Source of the DNA: a virus
Taxonomy: Duplodnaviria > Caudoviricetes
Strand: one strand, 5' to 3'
Virus record (IMG/VR): IMGVR_UViG_3300031998_000057
Span: 1-64,000 of that record
Length of the DNA: 64,000 nucleotides
A model generated the notes under the pieces. It did not search any database and was not told the DNA's origin. It was given only the letters and a program-made list of their open reading frames with translations. The translations under genes were made by a program, and so were the position numbers. How positions within the stretch are numbered: the first letter of the stretch is position 1; every line of letters begins with the position of its first letter. Shown piece after piece: positions 1-8,704 of this stretch.

Positions 1-900
1 CCCCCCAGTGGTATTTTCTACCAATTCGCCAGATGCCACCTTGATTTCCCCAGGATGGTTCTTTATCATCTGATCGAAAGCTCGGATATACAGTTCCCGA
101 TACCGCGGAAATAGCTCAAAGTCACGCAGCATACCCTCGCGGCCTTGAAGCGGACATCCGATGCAGCCGAGACGGGTATAATTCCACGGCGGATCGTACA
201 GCTCGCAATGTGGGACTTTGGCAACGTCGTTGAGAAATTCCCACACGTCTTCGTCCGTCCAATCAACAATAGGGTTTATCGTAGTCTTGCGCTTCATGTA
301 GCATTGCTCGACCATCTGCCGCCCAACGTCGTTATCGTCCATGAAGTTGATACCGCCGTTCTTATTTACCCGATATGACGGGTCTTGCGCGGCCTGCGCG
401 TGGAGTTTTTTGCTCTCGGTCTGGATGTCGGCTACGCCGTGCAGTGCCCGCCTGCGGTTGCTTTCGGCCCAACGGACGCCCGTAACGACGACACGTCCAC
501 CCCCCCCGGTTTCTTTCAGCGCAGAGCAGCAATATCGCGCCTGCCGCGTCGGTGGGATCGTATGGTCTGCAATCAGGTTCCACATGGTAATCTGCCGCGG
601 TCTTCCGTCCTTGTGGTAGTGCTCCGGTTTGTCGTCGTCCCAATAATTTCGTTCCCATATCACATCGGGATATTCCTCGCGGATAAATCGCATTACCTGT
701 GGAGGGTCAACGGAAGTTACCGAATAGTGTGCATCGAATTTGACGCCAGCCATTTTTGCGAGTTCGTAGATACATTGGCTATCCTTTCCACCGCTGAAAG
801 CTAAATAATAGCCCTTTACTGGCACAAACGCCTTTAGCCTCGTTATAGCTTTTTCTACCTTGTCCTCGCGCCCAAATAGCGTTTCTTCAACAAGTGCCAT
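1..900 (-). CDS. PAPS reductase-like (PP-loop) protein, runs off the left edge
   Basis: Own translation from ATG at 900: MALVEETLFG..LAFSGGKDS..RYCC..TGVRWAES..NPIVDW..RLGCIGCP; absent from the ORF track because there is no stop inside the window. Confidence 0.85.
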   Translation of the reverse strand, partial: MALVEETLFGREDKVEKAITRLKAFVPVKGYYLAFSGGKDSQCIYELAKMAGVKFDAHYSVTSVDPPQVMRFIREEYPDVIWERNYWDDDKPEHYHKDGRPRQITMWNLIADHTIPPTRQARYCCSALKETGGGGRVVVTGVRWAESNRRRALHGVADIQTESKKLHAQAAQDPSYRVNKNGGINFMDDNDVGRQMVEQCYMKRKTTINPIVDWTDEDVWEFLNDVAKVPHCELYDPPWNYTRLGCIGCPLQGREGMLRDFELFPRYRELYIRAFDQMIKNHPGEIKVASGELVENTTGG

Positions 901-955
901 TCAAGTTCACCTCGCACTCGCAGTATTTACACATTATTCGTGTTCGCCCCTTTCA

Positions 956-1156
956 CTAAGCTAATCCGCGTTCATGCAGAAGCATAGCCAACGCATCCCG
1001 CTCCGCAATGACCTCCTCCACCATCTGCCGCAAGATTTTGAACCCCAGCGTACACAGCCCCACGTTGCGAGCTTCTTCTTCCATTTCGCGCAGATCGTTA
1101 AGAAGCTCCTGCGCCGCGTCTCTCTTGGTTTCCGTAACCGTTGCCGTACACCTCAC
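956..1156 (-). CDS. hypothetical protein
   Basis: 66-aa ORF overlapping the dUTPase stop. Confidence 0.6.
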   Translation of the reverse strand: MRCTATVTETKRDAAQELLNDLREMEEEARNVGLCTLGFKILRQMVEEVIAERDALAMLLHERGLA

Positions 1157-1581
1157 CTTCCGCTGCTTCCGAAGCCTGACGTGCCGCGCTCAGTCTCACT
1201 CAGTTCGCTCACGATAACGAGCTTCGGCGTCTCGCACGGCGTAATCACGAGCTGCACTATCTTGTCACCCGGCTCAACCAGATACGGCTCATCCGTGAGG
1301 TTGTAGAGCTTCACGACGATGCTCCCGGTGTAGCCCACATCTATGACCCCTCCGCATGAGACGATACCATGCTTCACGTTCAAGCCGCTCCGGCTCTCGA
1401 TTTTGCCGTAGTACCCCACGGGGATTTCAACGTGTAAGCCCGTATCGAAGGCCGCGCTTCCACGCGCAGGAATGGTTTGTAGCCACATGGAGCGCAGATC
1501 AAGCCCCGCATCGGTATCGTGCGCTCTCTCCGGCAAAAACGCGCCGGGGTCAAGCTTTATGCGTAATTCCTCAATTGCCAT
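1153..1581 (-). CDS. dut: trimeric dUTPase
   Basis: AGLDL, RSG, GVIDVGY, QLV and RGTSGFGSSG motifs; ATG at 1581 with RBS. Confidence 0.93.
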   Translation of the reverse strand: MAIEELRIKLDPGAFLPERAHDTDAGLDLRSMWLQTIPARGSAAFDTGLHVEIPVGYYGKIESRSGLNVKHGIVSCGGVIDVGYTGSIVVKLYNLTDEPYLVEPGDKIVQLVITPCETPKLVIVSELSETERGTSGFGSSGR

Positions 1582-1583
1582 CG

Positions 1584-1880
1584 TTACTTTCCCTCCTTCT
1601 CCCTGTCCAATTCCATGACCGTCATAATCGCGTAATTCGCCAGGTCGATCAGCGTATCGCGCATGGACTCGTCGTTTACCCGCGCCGCACCGCCTTTTTT
1701 TACGAGCGAGACAAAGCGGTTGTACTTGTCCCCCAGGCGGATAGCCGCCATCGGCAGACCCCACTCCAAATATGAAAGGTGGAAGCTGTCACCGTAATCC
1801 GCGTTCTTGCGGGCGTACAAATCCGTAAGCTCCTGCGCAATGGCCTCGTGCCTCATGCTGTTGCCGCTGTCATTTCTCAC
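1584..1880 (-). CDS. DUF1599 / nucleotide-modification-associated domain 1 protein
   Basis: KNADYGDSF..RLGDKYNR..ESMRDTLIDLANYAIM. Confidence 0.8.
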   Translation of the reverse strand: MRNDSGNSMRHEAIAQELTDLYARKNADYGDSFHLSYLEWGLPMAAIRLGDKYNRFVSLVKKGGAARVNDESMRDTLIDLANYAIMTVMELDREKEGK

Positions 1881-2029
1881 TTCTTGCTTCTCCCTTTCGT
1901 TGGCTTTTCTTCTTTGTCCGGCACGTTGCGGACGCTGTAGCCAGCTTTCTTCATCTGCTTAATGATCTCGTCGGGGTACGGCGTCGTCGTGCGGCATTTC
2001 ACGACCCCGTGCAGGCTGATTATTTGCAT
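1877..2029 (-). CDS. small hypothetical protein
   Basis: MQIISLHG.. with GGAGG RBS; coupled to neighbours. Confidence 0.5.
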   Translation of the reverse strand: MQIISLHGVVKCRTTTPYPDEIIKQMKKAGYSVRNVPDKEEKPTKGRSKK

Positions 2030-2226
2030 ACCGTCCTCCTGTTCCAAGCATCCACGGCCTCGCGCTCCGTGTGATACCACGGTCCTTCTGCCCCGCATCC
2101 GTTGTCCTCGTAATCGCAAAGGACGGCGTATCTGTCTCTCCAACCGTCCTTCCCCTTGCGCACAGTAATGGTAAGATCGTCGTTCCCGCAAAATGGGCAG
2201 GGCTTTAGCTTCATTTCGATCTGCAT
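2020..2226 (-). CDS. Lar-family restriction alleviation protein
   Basis: LKPCPFCG..C..CGA..AVDAWNRR. Confidence 0.8.
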   Translation of the reverse strand: MQIEMKLKPCPFCGNDDLTITVRKGKDGWRDRYAVLCDYEDNGCGAEGPWYHTEREAVDAWNRRTVCK

Positions 2227-2227
2227 A

Positions 2228-2461
2228 TCACTCGCCCCTCCCGCTCCAATGCTCCCCGCACAGCTTTTCAATTGTAGCTTTCAGCGATCCGACTACGACC
2301 TCCGCCTTGCCGTTGGAGAAAACGATTTTCGTGTTCCCGCCTACGTCCGTCAGATACTCCTTCACATAGACGATCTGCGCAGGGTTCACATAGATTTTAT
2401 CCGCCGGGTCCATCGCCCGCCGGAACGGTACAAACTCCGTCCCGCTCATCAATATCACCAT
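2228..2461 (-). CDS. hypothetical protein
   Basis: 77-aa ORF in operon. Confidence 0.6.
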   Translation of the reverse strand: MVILMSGTEFVPFRRAMDPADKIYVNPAQIVYVKEYLTDVGGNTKIVFSNGKAEVVVGSLKATIEKLCGEHWSGRGE

Positions 2462-3254
2462 CCTTCAAGTGTAATCTGCGCATTTTTCTTCAAAACCGAG
2501 TCTGGCGGTATTTCCTGCCCGTTCACGACCTTATACAGCCGCTTCGTGCAGATCGGGCAAGTGTACTCCACGCCGTATCGGTTATCTCTCACAATGCCCG
2601 TACCTCCGCAGCAGCTATACGGCACGATCATATCTAACGTGGGCCGCGGTTCCTCCGCATAAAGGCAATGCAGTGATTTATCAAAAATATACGCATAGCG
2701 GTGTTTGCGCGGTTTGTCCACCCATACACCTTGTAAATCCCTCACCTTGCCCCTCGGCTTTCCCTGCGTCTCAAAGCTCCAAAAATCGGCCTTTTGGTCT
2801 GTCAGCCCGTAATACTTGAAATTGCAGACCTGATAGATAGACCCAACGTGGCGGTCAGAAGTTGCAAGAGTAATGACCGCTCGAATGTTATAATTCTTAA
2901 CTGCTCTTAACCCCCCCCCAACAAAAATGATGTGGCGTTTGACCCGTTCAAATTTGGCAGCATACAAAGCCGCGTCAGTTCCATCACGCTCTTGTTGTCG
3001 TTGGAAAGGCCGAACCAACCTTTCAGCGCTTCACTACCCTGCGGGCAGGCAAACGTCGCCACGCCCACAAGCTCCCACCCGCAGAAAAGGCCGAAGGAAT
3101 ATTGCGAAAAGAACTTCGCCGCGCCCAAATAGTGATACTGTCTCACGAAGTCGTAGGCAATATCCTTGCTGATCTCTCGGATTTTGAATATATCCTTTGC
3201 GCGGATCTTGTGTACCTTGAAACGGTCTATAAGCTCTTGCTCCGTATCACTCAC
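2455..3254 (-). pseudogene. mom: Mom-family (GNAT-fold) adenine-modification enzyme, frameshifted in a G9 tract
   Basis: HYLG..LVGVATF..ELTRL..N in one frame; VITLA..HVGSIYQ..NFKYYG in the next; the break is at C9 2911-2919. Confidence 0.75.
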
Positions 3255-3594
3255 CCTCCCCCTTTCTCCGCGCTTTGAGCGCGGCCAGCTCCTTTTCCAT
3301 TGCTTCGATTTCCGCATCAAGCAGCGCGTCCGCATAGTCCGCTGCAAGAAGGCTCCCGAAAAGGCTGACAAGCGGCGCGTCAAAGCCGTACACACGTTTC
3401 GTCGCCTCCGCAAGCCGAAGCGCCGTCGGCAGCGACAGATTGGCGCGTCCCGCCGCACGAATCCGTGAAAGATACCCAGGCGTCACGCCAGCCTCGCGCT
3501 CGATCACGCCGAGCATACACATCTCCCTGCCGATCAGCGTCACGTTCCGCACGAAATTCCGTGCCATCGCCTCCGTGTCCATGTTCTCAGGCAT
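3247..3594 (-). CDS. HTH-like hypothetical protein
   Basis: IEREAGVTPGYLSRI resembles an XRE helix-turn-helix. Confidence 0.55.
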   Translation of the reverse strand: MPENMDTEAMARNFVRNVTLIGREMCMLGVIEREAGVTPGYLSRIRAAGRANLSLPTALRLAEATKRVYGFDAPLVSLFGSLLAADYADALLDAEIEAMEKELAALKARRKGEGE

Positions 3595-3961
3595 TGTTAC
3601 CCTCCTCGTCCATTTTTGCGCCGCAATTGGGACAGAAGTTCCTTGCGCCGTCGCATCCGCAGAACGGGCACTCCCAGCCTGTCTGAACTCTGTGAATGTG
3701 CGCCCCGTCGTAGTCCTCAAATGGCTCATAACTCGGCAGCGGTTTCCCACGCCGCACCTCCACCACGTCTGCGACAGGGTAATTCTCCAAAGCGCACAGC
3801 ACGTCATCTTCCCGGCAAGACCGACACGGGGCCTCGCCGATTTTGTAGAGCGTGACGAGCTTGCCGTTCTTGTACCCTTTGCGACTGATGCAGTCCATGC
3901 AGTACAATGCGCGGTATCGCTGAATAAAGGCGTTGCGATCGATATACTCAGCCATTGCCAT
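3587..3961 (-). CDS. Cys-rich (Zn ribbon) phage protein
   Basis: CxxC pairs, CPFCG..NFCPNCGAKMD. Confidence 0.7.
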   Translation of the reverse strand: MAMAEYIDRNAFIQRYRALYCMDCISRKGYKNGKLVTLYKIGEAPCRSCREDDVLCALENYPVADVVEVRRGKPLPSYEPFEDYDGAHIHRVQTGWECPFCGCDGARNFCPNCGAKMDEEGNNA

Positions 3962-4175
3962 CCTCCTGCCCCGTCACCGCGAGAATCATGCGCCGAATGT
4001 CCGCAAACGGCACAGCAAAGTAAGATGTGTCCTCGTTTGAAAAATAAATGGTAGTTGCGGATTCGTCGTAGGTTTCCGTGTGATACTTATAATTCGGCCT
4101 TATCTCGCACACACGGTCAAGGTTCACCAGCGCGGTATGCCCGTCGCCAATCGGCAGCTCGATAAACTTAGCCAT
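3948..4175 (-). CDS. hypothetical protein
   Basis: MAKFIELP.. with RBS. Confidence 0.6.
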   Translation of the reverse strand: MAKFIELPIGDGHTALVNLDRVCEIRPNYKYHTETYDESATTIYFSNEDTSYFAVPFADIRRMILAVTGQEDGNG

Positions 4176-4210
4176 TGTCAGCCTCCTCGAATAAACTGAT
4201 CTGCGCCGTG

Positions 4211-5125
4211 TCACAGCATATTGAAAAGCGACTGCGTTTCCATTGCGGTCTCCCGCTCGGCCTGCCGCAAGTTTTTTACGGCAAGGTTGTAATAGCTTTC
4301 TTTCAGCTCCACACCGACGTATTTGCGCCCCATCTTCACGGCCTGATACCCCGTGCTGCCGATCCCGTTGAACGGGTCAAGAACCACGTCACCCAGATTG
4401 CTCCAAAGCTCCACGCACCGCTCGATCACGGGAAGCTGCAACGGCGCGATATGCTTTTCGTCGTTCTCGTCTTTGGCTCCGGCTCGGTTCAGCGTATCAC
4501 TCTGATTGATGTCCCACCACACGGGGCTGGCGTATTCGCTCCACACGGGAGACGCCACTTCCTGCCAATGGCTGACGGGATAGGTCTCATTCGTGTGGGT
4601 CACGCGCTGCGGGTTCTCACCGGGCTTGCGAAACGTCACAACGTAATCGGGAATCCCCATGCGGCTCATGCAGGAATCTTTTTTGATCTGCTTATGAAGC
4701 AGGCCGAGCGCTTTTGTCCTCTGCATTGCCGTCACCGGGTCTTTCCAAATGCAGACTTCCGAATGATAGATGAAGCCCACGGACTCCATCAGGCGGATTA
4801 CGTCGCCGCGAAAGTCTTTCAGCCCGATATACCCGTCCCGCTCTTTCATGGCCGGGATGTTCATGCAATGGACGCAGACGCAGCGCCCAGGCATCGTCAC
4901 CCGATACCATTGCTCCACGAGGAATTTGTACTGCTCAAAAAACTCCCCGTCAGATTTGCAGTTCCCCATATCCCTGTCGCTGTTGGAATAGCAGTACAAC
5001 TGAGCAAACGGGATAGAGGTCACGGAAAGGTGGACGCTGTTCGTGGGAATACCTTGCAGAATCTCCACGCTGTCCCCATGATAGAGAATCCAATTCTTTC
5101 CACGTTCCTGTCCTTCACACTTCAT
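4211..5125 (-). CDS. beta-class N4/N6 DNA methyltransferase
   Basis: GDS..VTSIPF (motif IV variant) followed by VLDPFNGIGSTG (motif I). Confidence 0.85.
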   Translation of the reverse strand: MKCEGQERGKNWILYHGDSVEILQGIPTNSVHLSVTSIPFAQLYCYSNSDRDMGNCKSDGEFFEQYKFLVEQWYRVTMPGRCVCVHCMNIPAMKERDGYIGLKDFRGDVIRLMESVGFIYHSEVCIWKDPVTAMQRTKALGLLHKQIKKDSCMSRMGIPDYVVTFRKPGENPQRVTHTNETYPVSHWQEVASPVWSEYASPVWWDINQSDTLNRAGAKDENDEKHIAPLQLPVIERCVELWSNLGDVVLDPFNGIGSTGYQAVKMGRKYVGVELKESYYNLAVKNLRQAERETAMETQSLFNML

Positions 5126-6537
5126 GCTGCATTAAATCCTCCTTCCACAAGCCATTCCGGGATAATCATTTCAACCGTCGGATTATACGGAATGGTAATT
5201 TTCGTTGTTCCCCTGATTTCCTGTTCCAGAATATCCTTTGTGTGCTTCACCATTTCATCGGTCATAGCCTTGGCCTGCTTTTCCTTGCGGTCGATATTGT
5301 CCTTTACCGCTCCCTCGGCCTCGCTTGTAATGATATGGACGTTTACGGTTTTATCCTGCCCGAACCGCCAACACCGGCGAATGGCCTGATACATCATTTC
5401 GTAGGAATCACTCAGCCCTACGAAAATCATGTTGTGGCAGTTCTGCCAATTAAGCCCCCACCCTGCAATCGAGGGCTTGGAAACGAGATAGCGAACGTCC
5501 CCGACGGTAAAGCCGTTCAGCATCTTCGCCTTATACTCCGGCGTATCGGTCCCGCGCACCTCAACGGCCTGCGGGATTACCCGTCTCAGCTCGTCCGCTT
5601 CCGCGTTGAGGTCGCACCAAACAAGCCATTGCTCTTCGGGACGCCTTGCAATCAGCTCGGCGGCCACGGCGCATCGGTCTTCCATGCTGTTTCTCCGTGC
5701 GGCCCTCCGTTCATTCAAGGTCTGCGCAATATCCGCGAAGAAGGAGAAGTTGTCGTCAATGACGTTTTCTTCGCTCTTTACCGTGTGCTGAATCGTCCGC
5801 ATTGTGGGGAGATCGTAGCCCGTTCCGTCATAGCCCAAATCACGCGGATTGGTGAGAACCACGGCCCACGTCGCCAGCCATTCCCAAAATCGCTCCTGCG
5901 CGTGTCCTTTCAGCCGCCATTTGCTCGTATCTCCACCGTCATGGATGAAATAAGTCGCCAACATTTCCGTCCTGTTCATCACGCCGCAGAACTCGGCCTG
6001 ATTGCCAAGCTCCATGTAATCGTTCGGGGCTGGTGTAGCGGTGCAGGACAGCTTATAGGGAGTATTGCGGAATTTCTCGATGATTTCCGTCCGAATCTTG
6101 CCGGAATAGTTTTTGAGGATGGAGGATTCGTCCAATACCACACCCCCGAATATGGAGCAGTCGAAGTGTTCAAGGATTTCGTAATTTGTCACGTTGATCC
6201 CGACGGAAACCTGCTTCTTCTCACGAACCACGCGCACGTTTTCATATCCGAACTTGTCCGCCTCTCGCTTCGTCTGTTCCGCGACGGCAAGCGGAGATAC
6301 CACGATTACGGGCTTGCCCGTGTGTTCGGCGACCGCCGTTCCCCATTCAAGGAATTGCAGTGTCTTCCCCGCCCCGCAATCCTCAAACAAAGCGCAGCGC
6401 CCTTTTTTCAAGGCCCAATACACAATGTCCTTCTGCCAGTCGAACATCTGCGGGCACATCAATTCTTTGGAGCGTTCAAACCCGGAACTGATCGCGGCGA
6501 TCTTTTTCTTCTCCAAAAAGCTCTCATATTCCGTCAT
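5122..6537 (-). CDS. SNF2/SF2-like helicase paired with the MTase
   Basis: [27 protein letters not shown]. Confidence 0.85.
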   Translation of the reverse strand: MTEYESFLEKKKIAAISSGFERSKELMCPQMFDWQKDIVYWALKKGRCALFEDCGAGKTLQFLEWGTAVAEHTGKPVIVVSPLAVAEQTKREADKFGYENVRVVREKKQVSVGINVTNYEILEHFDCSIFGGVVLDESSILKNYSGKIRTEIIEKFRNTPYKLSCTATPAPNDYMELGNQAEFCGVMNRTEMLATYFIHDGGDTSKWRLKGHAQERFWEWLATWAVVLTNPRDLGYDGTGYDLPTMRTIQHTVKSEENVIDDNFSFFADIAQTLNERRAARRNSMEDRCAVAAELIARRPEEQWLVWCDLNAEADELRRVIPQAVEVRGTDTPEYKAKMLNGFTVGDVRYLVSKPSIAGWGLNWQNCHNMIFVGLSDSYEMMYQAIRRCWRFGQDKTVNVHIITSEAEGAVKDNIDRKEKQAKAMTDEMVKHTKDILEQEIRGTTKITIPYNPTVEMIIPEWLVEGGFNAA

Positions 6538-7250
6538 TCGTCCGCCTCCCATTTCATTCGCAGGCCCAAAGCGTGAATCTTGGCCTTGATCTCCTCCACG
6601 CTCTTTCGCCCCAGGTTGCGAATTTTATACATATCGTCCTCAGTCTCGATTTTGAGGATATCGCCCACCGTGCGGATATTCGCACGGGCAAGGCAGTTAA
6701 ACGAGCGCACGGACAAATCCAGCACATCGGTCGTCAGATCAACCACACGCGCTGCTGGCCTGTCCCCGTTGGGGTCAAGAACCACCTTGTAATCGACGTG
6801 CTGCAAGAACCAGTCGAGCCGCTGCTCCGCCGCCGCGCACCGCCGCTCCGCTTCCTCACGCTTCTTGATTTCGCGCTGATATTCCCGCCAAGGTACGCAG
6901 GCGAACTGCGCCAACCTACCCGGATGACGCAGCTTGCGAAGCGCTTTCGCCTCGATCTGCCTTATCCGCTCGCGGGTCACGTTGAACGCCCTGCCCGTCT
7001 CTTCGAGCGTTTTATGATCCCGATACCGAAGCTCCAAGACCCGCTTTTCCCGCTCAGTCAAAGTGTTCAGAAGCCCCATGATCGCCGCTGGCGTGTAGCA
7101 TTCGGGGGCAATATCATCGCCCTCCGGCGTCTTGTACCGCCGCCATTCCTCCGCAGCCGCGTACATCAGCCCGTAAGGCCACGGGGCCTCGCTGAGCGTA
7201 CTGCGCAGATATGCCATTTTGTCTCTATATGTTTCCATGCTTTCCTTCAC
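6534..7250 (-). CDS. sigma70 region-4 / RNA polymerase alpha-CTD fusion protein
   Basis: [33 protein letters not shown] (RpoD r4) and [23 protein letters not shown] (RpoA CTD). Confidence 0.85.
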   Translation of the reverse strand: MKESMETYRDKMAYLRSTLSEAPWPYGLMYAAAEEWRRYKTPEGDDIAPECYTPAAIMGLLNTLTEREKRVLELRYRDHKTLEETGRAFNVTRERIRQIEAKALRKLRHPGRLAQFACVPWREYQREIKKREEAERRCAAAEQRLDWFLQHVDYKVVLDPNGDRPAARVVDLTTDVLDLSVRSFNCLARANIRTVGDILKIETEDDMYKIRNLGRKSVEEIKAKIHALGLRMKWEADE

Positions 7251-7642
7251 TCGTCCTCCCTGTCGTAATCATCGTGCGGCTCCGTGCGGAACCACTCGAT
7301 CATGTTCTCCTCACACTCACGCGGACATGAGCAGATTTCAGATACGTCACCGTCGCTGTCTACGCCGTGTATCACGCTGATCTTCTTCCCAACAGCGTTC
7401 ACCGCACGGGCCAACAATGCCGGATAACCGTCTGAGGCCCGCACGACCTTCACGGCATAGCCCGTCTTATCCCCTTGAAATGCGTGGTAGTCCCGCACTT
7501 TCAGCCGCAGCTTCGGCGTTATCGGCAGCTTCATGTCCCAAAACGTCGGGCGGTAGTACGGTGCTTCCGTTTCCGTCACTTCTCCATCTCCTTCCCTTTG
7601 CCCTAATGTAACTCCTCCCACAATGAAAAGCGGCGGTTCCAA
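7247..7642 (-). CDS. hypothetical protein
   Basis: 131-aa ORF overlapping the downstream start. Confidence 0.55.
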   Translation of the reverse strand: MEPPLFIVGGVTLGQREGDGEVTETEAPYYRPTFWDMKLPITPKLRLKVRDYHAFQGDKTGYAVKVVRASDGYPALLARAVNAVGKKISVIHGVDSDGDVSEICSCPRECEENMIEWFRTEPHDDYDREDE

Positions 7643-7829
7643 TCAAATCTGCCTACATTACGCCTCGACGCAGATAGTAACTGCCTGTTGGTCGGCGTAG
7701 CCGTTTCTCCGCTTCCTCGCCTCGGCGGACCCGATCTCCGCCACCGCTCTTCACCACGGAACTTTTCAGCCCTGCGCCGGTGCATCGGTCGCATCCGTTC
7801 ATACACAACAGTCCGGGCCAGACAACTAA

Positions 7830-7928
7830 TGGAGCATCCGCCGTGTATGCACCACGCACGGACTCAGCTTTCCCGCGCCTCATCGGGGAGTAGAACCGAT
7901 GCCTTGCATGGACGCGGCAAACAAAGCC
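7830..7928 (-). ncRNA. degenerate tRNA-like element ending in CCA
   Basis: Four hairpins in cloverleaf order, encoded CCA at 7830-7832; loops non-canonical. Confidence 0.3.
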
Positions 7929-7931
7929 TTG

Positions 7932-8018
7932 TGCAGACGGCAGGGGTCGAACCTGCGTATTACCTCCCGCCCTTTTCAGAGCTGCCAGCGGTATGCCTTA
8001 CCTCTTGGCTACGTCTGC
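7932..8018 (-). ncRNA. tRNA-like RNA with 33-nt anticodon arm
   Basis: Acceptor GCAGACG/CGTCTGC, D arm GCC..GGC, T arm GCAGG-TTCGACC-CCTGC; enlarged anticodon region. Confidence 0.65.
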
Positions 8019-8084
8019 ATATTTCGGGGAATCCGGCCATTCCCCGCTTTTTCCGCTCCCCACTTAGGCAGGGGGTCGCCGCTG

Positions 8085-8170
8085 TGGAGCCGAGAGGCGG
8101 TGGTGAGCCGCCACGAGACTCAGCCGCGTTGACCGGTCGCGGCCTCGCCCTTCTGCGTCAGGCACTCGGC
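8085..8170 (-). ncRNA. degenerate tRNA-like element ending in T-CCA
   Basis: GCCGAG/CTCGGC acceptor, GCCGCG-9nt-CGCGGC arm, GGCGG-CTCACCA-CCGCC arm, CCA. Confidence 0.45.
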
Positions 8171-8217
8171 GCATATGCCCCCGTCTTTCCGGGGTGTCAG
8201 CCCTTGTACTTCGGGCA

Positions 8218-8374
8218 TACCAACGGCGGGGCTCGAACCCTCACCAAAGCTGGCTATGCTTCGGACACGGATTAGGCTTGTACTTCGCCAAACGGGTTGC
8301 CAGCCCGACGTTACGCCTACCAGGGACATAGACATATAACGCTCCGCTGCTCTCACCACTTGAGCAACATCGGC
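8218..8374 (-). ncRNA. tRNA-like RNA with a 71-nt structured insert replacing the anticodon loop
   Basis: GCCGATG/CGTTGGT acceptor, GCTC..GAGC D arm, GCGGA/TCCGT stem, long variable arm, GGG-TTCGAGC-CCC T arm. Confidence 0.6.
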
Positions 8375-8439
8375 TTATAGTTGCCGTTCACTACCGTTTT
8401 TATGGGTCGTTTGGAACTGCAAAGGTCAACTCTTCCCAG

Positions 8440-8528
8440 TGGCGCAGGCAGCAGGATTTGAACCTGCGGAGCCTTTCGGCCCATCTGTTTTCAGGACAGA
8501 CGCAATAAGCCAGCTCTGCCATGCCCGC
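8440..8528 (-). tRNA. tRNA-Ser(TGA) with C33
   Basis: Cloverleaf with long variable arm, G73, encoded CCA; anticodon loop CC-TGA-AA. Confidence 0.85.
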
Positions 8529-8704
8529 AAGTTGCCTGTCTCTCCAGGCTGTCACGCTTCGTTCTCAGGCTCTCGAAGTCCTGTTGGTCGTCGCGTTCCA
8601 CCGCCGCGCTCCTTATCGGCTTGCCGCTTTGCTTACAGTGTTCAGGTTGGTCTATCGCGTTTTGCCTGCGTCCGGCTTTCACGGATGAGGCGTCCCCCAG
8701 CGTT
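8529..8704 (-). ncRNA. candidate structured ncRNA between two tRNAs
   Basis: No credible ORF; hairpins and motifs shared with neighbouring segments (CGACCAACAGG; TGACA-stem-GRRAGA-stem). Confidence 0.45.

Noticed and set aside
6534-6760. Host rpoA fragment marking a prophage boundary
   Set aside because: In-frame fusion with sigma4 inside a coupled phage operon; no ribosomal-protein neighbours
7650-8170. tmRNA
   Set aside because: No resume-codon tag ORF and no matching G3-U70 tRNA-like ends identified
8272-8342. Group I intron in a tRNA anticodon loop
   Set aside because: 71 nt is far too short, and no P7-like core is evident
8440-8528. Selenocysteine or stop-suppressor tRNA, or an alternative genetic code
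   Set aside because: Anticodon TGA reads UCA (Ser), not UGA; long genes are open in the standard code
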